From the NCBI GenBank assembly GCA_028532855.1, contig JAQQAL010000002.1, positions 5,901 through 69,900 of the forward strand: a DNA stretch of 64,000 nt, in the 5' to 3' direction. The stretch is from Candidatus Thalassospirochaeta sargassi. Lineage in GTDB: Bacteria; Spirochaetota; Spirochaetia; UBA9216. The position numbers and the translations under genes were made by a program. Below are positions 57,460 through 64,000 of the stretch, one piece after another. Every line of letters starts with the position of its first letter. Within the stretch, counting starts at the first letter, position 1. The notes under the pieces were generated by a model. It was not told where the DNA came from, searched no databases, and was given only the letters and a program-made list of their open reading frames with translations.

Positions 57460-58336
57460 AAGCCGAACAGCTGACCTGATGATTTTTTTCTCTGCCCTTC
57501 TCTGGGGCGGGGAGTATGTAGTTGTTAAAGACATGCTTGATTATCTGCCTCCGAACTGGATAAATGCATTTCGCTTTATCACTGCATCACTGATTATGAT
57601 CCCGCTCTTCTACCGTCATATCAGGAGTATGAGCAAAGAAGAACTCAGGGGTGGTGCAATTCTCGGTACATTCATGTTTGGAGGTTTCACTCTGCAGACT
57701 GTGGGCATTCAGTATACGACAGCAGCTAAATCGGGTTTTCTAACCTCTACTTATGTCGTAATGGTTCCTTTTATAGTCTGGGTCTTCAAGCAGAAATTTC
57801 CGGGCTTAAAATCTCTTATAAGCGCCGGGGTTCTGATTGCTGGAATCTCCTTCCTGTCCCTGGACGGAACCGGTAAAGGTCTGAACAGGGGAGATATGCT
57901 TACCCTGGGCGCAGCCATCTGTTTTGCCGGTAGCATTATCGGTTTTGATTACTATGCCAAGCGTCATGATCCGATCAACCTTACCTTTATCGAGATGCTC
58001 TCAGGCGGCTTGATGTCTCTTGTTTCAGCCTCTTTAACTGAAGCGTTTCCCTCACCGGCAGGCTACGGCGCGTATGAGATATTTCAGCTGCTGTACCTGG
58101 TTCTTCTGGGTTCACTTCTTTGCCATGTTCTGTCCAATGTTGCTATGAAATGGGCGGAACCGACTCATGCATCAATTCTCTGGTCGCTTGAATCCGTCTT
58201 TGCCCTGATATTCGGGCTAATATTTCTTCATGAGGATTTGACCCTGAGGATGGGTATAGGTTTTATCCTGGTATTCGCTGCTGTGCTGCTTACCGAACTT
58301 GGCGGTAAAATCAGGCAGAAAGAAAATTCAGTTTAG
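57443..58336 (+). CDS. EamA/DMT-family transporter.
   Basis: Two EamA repeats and 10 TM helices in 297 aa. Confidence 0.75.
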   Translation: MQIKNKSRTADLMIFFSALLWGGEYVVVKDMLDYLPPNWINAFRFITASLIMIPLFYRHIRSMSKEELRGGAILGTFMFGGFTLQTVGIQYTTAAKSGFLTSTYVVMVPFIVWVFKQKFPGLKSLISAGVLIAGISFLSLDGTGKGLNRGDMLTLGAAICFAGSIIGFDYYAKRHDPINLTFIEMLSGGLMSLVSASLTEAFPSPAGYGAYEIFQLLYLVLLGSLLCHVLSNVAMKWAEPTHASILWSLESVFALIFGLIFLHEDLTLRMGIGFILVFAAVLLTELGGKIRQKENSV

Positions 58337-58400
58337 ATTTGAAAGGTGCCGGGACTCTGCCATTCTTGATAATATTCATCCTTTATAATAATATTCTTTC

Positions 58401-59189
58401 ATGATAAGAATAGGATTTTTAGGTGCTGGAAATATGGCTTTTGCAATTGCCGGCGCTGTCTCGAACAAGTTTGACGACTCAGTAATTGTACCCTTTGATA
58501 TATCAGATGAACGGATTGAACTGTTTAAGAGCTCTTACGGCAATGTAGAGCCCGTCTCTGCTGCTGCGGAGTTGACTGATAAATGCGACATACTTTTTTT
58601 GTCTGTAAAACCTCAGATGATGAAAGACGCGATTGAACCGCTTGCCGGATTCAGCGGGCTGGCGGTTTCTATAGCCGCTGGTTTAAAGATTTCTTTTTTC
58701 GAACAGCAGATGCCGTCGGCGCGGATTGTGAGGGTTATGCCCAATACCCCCTGTCTTGTCGGTGAAATGGCTGCAGGCTATGCGCCCGGCCGGGGTGTAA
58801 CGAGTGCTGACCTCGCGCTAACGGATAAAATCCTTACGGCGGCAGGCGTTGCTGTTGCTGTTGAAGAAGAGCAGATTGATGCTGTTACGGGAATTTCAGG
58901 TTCGGGCCCTGCTTTTTTAGCCAGAATTGCAGAAGCTTTTATTGATGCCGGTGTTGAATCGGGTCTTGAGCCGGAGCTGGCCCGCGACCTTACGTTGCAG
59001 ACAATGAAGGGAACAGCGGCCCTTCTGCAACAGAAGAATATGAGTCCTGAAGAACTTGTAAAAATGGTCAGTTCTCCGAATGGGACAACCGTTGCAGGTC
59101 GGGAGATTCTCGAATCTTCCGAATATCATGATATAATCGCCCGAACCGTGGCCAGAACAATCGAGCGAAGCAAGGAGCTGGGTAAATGA
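58401..59189 (+). CDS. proC: Pyrroline-5-carboxylate reductase.
   Basis: 'IGFLGAGNMAFAIAGAV' N-terminus and the P5CR C-terminal dimerisation domain. Confidence 0.85.
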   Translation: MIRIGFLGAGNMAFAIAGAVSNKFDDSVIVPFDISDERIELFKSSYGNVEPVSAAAELTDKCDILFLSVKPQMMKDAIEPLAGFSGLAVSIAAGLKISFFEQQMPSARIVRVMPNTPCLVGEMAAGYAPGRGVTSADLALTDKILTAAGVAVAVEEEQIDAVTGISGSGPAFLARIAEAFIDAGVESGLEPELARDLTLQTMKGTAALLQQKNMSPEELVKMVSSPNGTTVAGREILESSEYHDIIARTVARTIERSKELGK

Positions 59190-60460
59190 CTTTAACTGAA
59201 AAAACATCAAAACTCAAAGAATCTTCCTACAGACTCGCGTCAGTAAGTAATGAATTGAGAAACGAAGCCCTCCTCAAGGCAGCGGCCTCCCTTAGGTCTC
59301 AGGCTGATTTAATAATTTCAGAGAATAAAAAGGATCTTGAGAATGCTGAAAAGCAGGATTTGGCCTATGCCCTTGTTAAGCGGCTTGCCATTACCGGAGC
59401 TAAACTTGAGCAGATGGCTCTTGGTCTGGAATCTCTTGCGGTTCTGCCTGATCCTCTCGGTCAATCAAGCCTGCACCGGGAACTTGACGAAGGTCTGGTT
59501 TTGAACCGTAAAAGCGTTCCCATCGGTCTCATTGGCGTCATTTTTGAGTCCCGTCCTGATGCCCTGGTGCAGATTGCGGGACTTTGTATGAAAAGTGGTA
59601 ACTCCGTCATTTTGAAAGGCGGTTCCGAGGCTCTTAATTCAAACCGCATCCTCTCTGAGCTGATAATTTCCGCTGCCGAGAGTACTGACGAAGTTTTTAA
59701 AGATACGATAATGCTAGTCGAGAGCCGCGAAGATATCAGTAAACTCCTCGAAATGGATCAGTACATTGATCTGATGATCCCACGCGGTTCGAACGCGCTT
59801 GTGCGGTACATCATGGATAATACAAAGATTCCTGTCATGGGGCATTCCGACGGAATCTGCCATATGTTTGTTGATGAAAACTTCGATTTAGAACAGAGTC
59901 TTGAGCTGATTCGTGACGCAAAATGCCAGTATCCGGCGGTCTGCAATGCTATTGAAACCCTTCTTGTACATGAAAAATCAGCTGACAAGCTTATCCCGAG
60001 ACTGCCCGAAATGATGCCCGACGTAAAGCTTCTGGGAGATGAAACAGTTTGCAGTCTGATCAGTGTTGAAGCTGCAACAGATGAAGACTGGGATACGGAA
60101 TATAATGATCTGACTCTGTCGGTCAAGGTGGTAGGCGGGCTTGAAGAAGCAATCGATTTTATAAACCTTCACGGCAGTCATCATACTGATTGTATTCTTA
60201 CTTCAGATGAGGCCAATGCGTCGGTTTTCATGGCCAGGGTTGATTCTAGTTCGGTTATGAAGAACTGTTCCACCCGTTTTGCCGACGGTTTCCGATACGG
60301 TTTCGGTGCCGAGGTTGGAATAGCCACAGGTAAGATTCATTCACGCGGCCCGGTAGGACTTGAAGGCCTGACAATCTATAAATACTTCCTCGAAGGCTCA
60401 GGTCATAAGGTTCAGCCATATGCTGACGGTGAAAAAGATTTTACTCATAAGGATCTGTAA
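59186..60460 (+). CDS. proA: Gamma-glutamyl phosphate reductase.
   Basis: 424 aa, ALDH-like fold, with ProA motifs ('GNSVILKGGSEA'). Confidence 0.9.
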   Translation: MTLTEKTSKLKESSYRLASVSNELRNEALLKAAASLRSQADLIISENKKDLENAEKQDLAYALVKRLAITGAKLEQMALGLESLAVLPDPLGQSSLHRELDEGLVLNRKSVPIGLIGVIFESRPDALVQIAGLCMKSGNSVILKGGSEALNSNRILSELIISAAESTDEVFKDTIMLVESREDISKLLEMDQYIDLMIPRGSNALVRYIMDNTKIPVMGHSDGICHMFVDENFDLEQSLELIRDAKCQYPAVCNAIETLLVHEKSADKLIPRLPEMMPDVKLLGDETVCSLISVEAATDEDWDTEYNDLTLSVKVVGGLEEAIDFINLHGSHHTDCILTSDEANASVFMARVDSSSVMKNCSTRFADGFRYGFGAEVGIATGKIHSRGPVGLEGLTIYKYFLEGSGHKVQPYADGEKDFTHKDL

Positions 60461-61236
60461 TGAAACTGCTTGTTAAAATCGGCTCGGCGCTGATAAGCCG
60501 TGATAACAGAATTGATTATAGCTGGCTGGAAAGAAAAGTGGATGAGCTTGCCGCACTTTACCGTGAGGGAGTCCGCCCGGTAATTGTAAGTTCTGGTGCT
60601 GTTGCAGCGGGTATGGAGATCAGAAGTATGAGAAAACGCCCGACTGACCCGGTAAGCTTACAGATGCTTTCAGGAATGGGTCAGGTGCGGCTGAGCAAAT
60701 ATTATAAGGATCTGTTTAAGGAAAAGTATATATTTACAGCTCAGCTTCTGCTTACTCATCATAATTTTGATCAGAATTCAGAGGTTTCAGCGGTTACTGA
60801 TATAATAAACCGATGCCTCGATGAAGGTGTTATTCCAATTATTAATGAAAATGATATGATTAACAAGGAAGAATTTGATTCGGAAGGGAACTTTACTGAC
60901 AACGATATACTTGCTGCATTTGTGGCTTCTTCAGCCAGGGTTGATAAGGCATTGATATTGACGAATGTGGACGGGCTGTACGCCGGCAATCCGCATTCGG
61001 CTGATAAATCCAAGGTCCCCGAGCTGATTTCACGGGTGGATCGGATTGACGATAAAATCAAGGCAATGGCTGCTGACGGGAAAAGTGATCTTGGTCTTGG
61101 CGGGATGCGCTCTAAAGTCCTTGCCGCCGAGATGATTACAAAAGCAGGCATAGAAACAGTTGTAGCTAACGGAAATTATTCTATTATTGATATTCTTGAA
61201 AACAAGGTGCCGTCTACCATTTTTTCTGTGGTATAG
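60460..61236 (+). CDS. proB: Glutamate 5-kinase, short form without a PUA domain.
   Basis: 'LLVKIGSALIS' start and an amino-acid-kinase fold. 258 aa. TAATG coupling to proA. Confidence 0.85.
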   Translation: MKLLVKIGSALISRDNRIDYSWLERKVDELAALYREGVRPVIVSSGAVAAGMEIRSMRKRPTDPVSLQMLSGMGQVRLSKYYKDLFKEKYIFTAQLLLTHHNFDQNSEVSAVTDIINRCLDEGVIPIINENDMINKEEFDSEGNFTDNDILAAFVASSARVDKALILTNVDGLYAGNPHSADKSKVPELISRVDRIDDKIKAMAADGKSDLGLGGMRSKVLAAEMITKAGIETVVANGNYSIIDILENKVPSTIFSVV

Positions 61237-61266
61237 TATAGATAACAGGCTATTCGGGAGGCCGTA

Positions 61267-61926
61267 GTGAAAAAATTGTTTTTTTATTTAATTTTGTTAT
61301 TCTTTGTTGTTTTTTCGGTCACAGCAGGGGGGCAGACCGAAGGCTCTGCCGCAGTGCCTCAGTCCGTTGACGGGACAGTCGAATATTTTGATGGCAATGT
61401 TACTGTTGATGGCGTACAGGCTGATTTCGGAATGAAGGTCGGATATGGTGCCATTGTTAAAACCGGTGCTGATTCCTACTGCGAGATAGTTTTTGACAGC
61501 AAGAATATATTCAGAATAATGGAATCAACTGTTGCCGAAATAAGATTAAATGTAGAAGCCCCTGAAATACAGATTGAAAAAGGAGCGTTTGCAGCTCTGT
61601 TTACAAAACTTGAAAAACTGACAAGCAATGAATCGCTTAAGGTTCGAACCCAGACAACTGTAGCCAGCATCAGGGGGACCGCCTTTTTTGTAAAGGTTTT
61701 AGATCCTGAGACTACCTATGTCTGCCTCTGTAATGGCGAGCTTGATCTTGCTGAAGACGATGGAAGTAACGCCGGGACATATTCTTCCGGTCATCATACA
61801 GCAGTATATTTCAAGGAAGCAGATGGTGAAACCGAGGTTACTGATGCGCCGATGCTCTATCATAATGATGAAGATATGGACTCGTTAGCGAAACACATTG
61901 GTGAAAAGATTAACTGGTATTACTAA
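61267..61926 (+). CDS. Secreted hypothetical protein with a FecR-like beta-domain.
   Basis: Signal peptide. 'TTVASIRGTAFFVKV' resembles the FecR/DUF4974 core. GTG start after a GGGAGG RBS. Confidence 0.4.
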   Translation: MKKLFFYLILLFFVVFSVTAGGQTEGSAAVPQSVDGTVEYFDGNVTVDGVQADFGMKVGYGAIVKTGADSYCEIVFDSKNIFRIMESTVAEIRLNVEAPEIQIEKGAFAALFTKLEKLTSNESLKVRTQTTVASIRGTAFFVKVLDPETTYVCLCNGELDLAEDDGSNAGTYSSGHHTAVYFKEADGETEVTDAPMLYHNDEDMDSLAKHIGEKINWYY

Positions 61927-61947
61927 TCCGATATACGAAAGGATAAG

Positions 61948-62625
61948 ATGAACTACAAAGGAATAATTCTCGATTTCAACGGTACCCTTATCTGGGATAC
62001 CTTGCTGCATAAAGAAGCCTGGTTAACCTTTAGCCGTGAGCTTGGTACTCCTGTTACGGAAAAACAGTACTATAATGATGTCCACGGCAAATCTACCAGG
62101 AACATACTCGAGATGCTGTTTGATCGTAAGATAGAAGAATCAGAGCTTGCCCGCCTGTCCGATCATAAAGAAGCTCTGTACCGGGATGCCTGTCTCGAGA
62201 ATCCCGATGTTTACTGCTTCGCTCCGGGGGTAGAGGATTTCCTTGATTATTTAACTGACAAAGATATTCCACGCACAATAGCTACTGCCTCTGAGAAGGT
62301 TAACGTAGATTTTTTTGTAGAGACTCTTAAGCTCAATCGCTGGTTCAATCCTGATTTATTCACTTATGACGATGGCAGCCTTGCCATTAAGCCCGCTCCG
62401 GACCTGTATCTTAAGGCGGCGGAGCGCTTAAATCTGAAACCTTCACAGCTTGTAATAGTTGAGGACACCTACTATGGTGCGTTGTCCGCAAAAAATGCGG
62501 GAGCCGGCTGCCTCATAATAACCGGCCCCGCGGATGATCGGCATGATGAACTGGATCAATTGGAGGGGGTTAATCAGTTCATTTCTGATTTTGCCGAGAT
62601 TGATAAAAGTCTATTTTACGCGTAA
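61948..62625 (+). CDS. HAD-IA hydrolase (beta-phosphoglucomutase-like).
   Basis: 'GIILDFNGTLIWDT' motif I. 225 aa. Confidence 0.7.
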   Translation: MNYKGIILDFNGTLIWDTLLHKEAWLTFSRELGTPVTEKQYYNDVHGKSTRNILEMLFDRKIEESELARLSDHKEALYRDACLENPDVYCFAPGVEDFLDYLTDKDIPRTIATASEKVNVDFFVETLKLNRWFNPDLFTYDDGSLAIKPAPDLYLKAAERLNLKPSQLVIVEDTYYGALSAKNAGAGCLIITGPADDRHDELDQLEGVNQFISDFAEIDKSLFYA

Positions 62626-63940
62626 GGAACATTAGCGAAGCTGTAATCACAAATACGCCTACAGAACCTATCAGCAACGCCCAGTCTTCCGACTGAAGTG
62701 TCATGAAAAGGAAAAAATATACCGCGGTCATCACGGGAGCCATGAACCATGCTTTTCCGTCTTTGCCGAGGATTGACCAACTATATAGACAGAGCATTAG
62801 TGTGACTGATCCTGCTGAAATTAAATATGAAATATTAAAGCTGATGTGTTCGGATAGGGAAAGCAGCAGCAGATAGAATATTATGTTTGCAACACCAGCC
62901 AGTATATAATGAATAATGTGTAGCCTTCTTTTAAAGAATTGTTCAAACATGAAGAGTGTTATAAAGGGGAGCATAATAAAAAGTATTGCATACTTTGCCG
63001 CCCGTTCATTCAGGTCATAGTGATCCAGAATATTCATGAAATCGGTTTCTATATAGGCTTCATTTATTATATATGGATCAAATATAGTATTATTGTTCCA
63101 GTTTACAGGAATTCCGGTGCTTAGGCTGCTGCAAGACCATTCTGCGTTGAAGGATTTTTCAGTTATATCATGGAAATCAGGCAGGCAGAGGCCGGTGAAG
63201 GACGGGGCCGGCCAGTCTGCTGAAATTCTAGCAGTAGTGGATGACGCGAGGGGTAGAAAACTAGCCCTGCCGGCTCCGCGTACAAGAATCCTTATATTGA
63301 AAAACTGTGGAGTCTCCGCCTGCATATTTTCCTCATTAAGGTTTAATTTTGCGTATATTCCTCCGCTGTCAAGCTTCAGACCCCGGCTACCCGGCTGAAT
63401 ATCTATTTCTTCACCTGACCAATTCGCTGAGTGGATCTGCCGTATTCCCTTCTGGTTGAAAAATGGAATGATTATCTCAGCATCTTCAATGTTCAGTGTT
63501 TCATTTTCCTCAACCTCATCAGGTATTCCCGATAAATCGAAAATCCCGTCCAGGCTGAGTTCTCCTGTGAATACAGGGCTGTGGAATATTCCTCTGAACT
63601 TGTCTTCAGTATTAAGAAGTAGGTCGATATCCAGCTCCTCTGCAGTCGACCAGAGGCTGAAATCTTCATAGTAGTATTCGCTGCTCTTTTTACCCTGGTC
63701 GTCGAGGTACGAATGTTCAACCTTTCTGGTTCCCGGAATCCGGACTACCGGTCCGCCGAAACGTAATTCTCCGCCTGCTGCGGATGATATGTCGAGTTTT
63801 ACCTCTTGAGCACGTTGCGAGCGTTCCCTGATCAGAGAGTTTACCATTGTTATGGGGATGAGCATTATAAGTGTAAGCCCAATTAATGTTGCAGCCTTGA
63901 AACCCTGGCTTCCGGCGATGCCGTCTAATCTGTTTTTCAT
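62579..63940 (-). CDS. creD: CreD-family inner-membrane protein (cell-envelope integrity).
   Basis: 453 aa. N-terminal TM helix, then 'ITMVNSLIRERSQRAQEV' (typical CreD start) and C-terminal TM helices. Confidence 0.7.
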   Translation of the reverse strand: MKNRLDGIAGSQGFKAATLIGLTLIMLIPITMVNSLIRERSQRAQEVKLDISSAAGGELRFGGPVVRIPGTRKVEHSYLDDQGKKSSEYYYEDFSLWSTAEELDIDLLLNTEDKFRGIFHSPVFTGELSLDGIFDLSGIPDEVEENETLNIEDAEIIIPFFNQKGIRQIHSANWSGEEIDIQPGSRGLKLDSGGIYAKLNLNEENMQAETPQFFNIRILVRGAGRASFLPLASSTTARISADWPAPSFTGLCLPDFHDITEKSFNAEWSCSSLSTGIPVNWNNNTIFDPYIINEAYIETDFMNILDHYDLNERAAKYAILFIMLPFITLFMFEQFFKRRLHIIHYILAGVANIIFYLLLLSLSEHISFNISYLISAGSVTLMLCLYSWSILGKDGKAWFMAPVMTAVYFFLFMTLQSEDWALLIGSVGVFVITASLMFLTRKIDFYQSRQNQK

Positions 63941-64000
63941 TTTACCTTCCTGTTATTTAATAGAAATATTTGATATCCATGATGGTATCGTGCACCAGTG

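Overview
The window is a 64 kb chromosomal segment of about 43% GC from a free-living, probably anaerobic or microaerotolerant bacterium. Gene content and style (PTS with PRD-type MtlR, two tungsten-type AOR loci, UxaE/UxaB hexuronate genes, periplasmic MsrBA) fit Spirochaetota or a Firmicutes-like anaerobe, but the lineage cannot be fixed from sequence alone. Coding density is high and mostly ordinary metabolism, with several decayed or remnant genes and a few unusual modules.

From start to end the window holds:
- a hexuronate/sugar-acid cluster: 5'-partial UxaE-like epimerase, UxaB, two Zn-dehydrogenases, the DctQM half of a TRAP transporter, and transketolase;
- a decayed IS200/IS605 element with a frameshifted TnpA, followed by an orphan arginine deiminase (TTG start);
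- a perR-katG peroxide-stress pair, and a transaldolase C-terminal remnant;
- a complete mannitol PTS operon, mtlA-mtlF-ptsH-ptsI-mtlD-mtlR, with the general PTS genes embedded in it;
- the most interesting block: a long untranslated leader, then a twin-arginine ferredoxin, a YdhV-like 705-aa AOR-family W/Mo oxidoreductase, an unknown 180-aa protein, FdhD, a dedicated tatC-tatB-tatA set (tatA is missed by the ORF track), an NDH-2::DoxX fusion protein with an Ala-rich tandem-repeat linker, and a polyprenyl-diphosphate synthase;
- a quinone-oxidoreductase pseudogene, an MCP, an HxlR/nitroreductase redox pair, an alkyltransferase-like (Atl) protein, secreted MsrBA, ManC, and a 667-aa beta-helix protein of unknown function (DUF4954 is my unverified recollection);
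- a 1071-aa MalT-like STAND ATPase with a C-terminal wHTH+BTAD output, divergent from a HemL-like aminotransferase, an SSS transporter, a small membrane protein and a saccharopine-DH-like gene;
- a small-ORF/dual-terminator leader, a second classical AOR with its polyferredoxin, a MoaD/ThiS-like GG protein, yidC, and proC-proA-proB.

No CRISPR array, rRNA or tRNA was seen.
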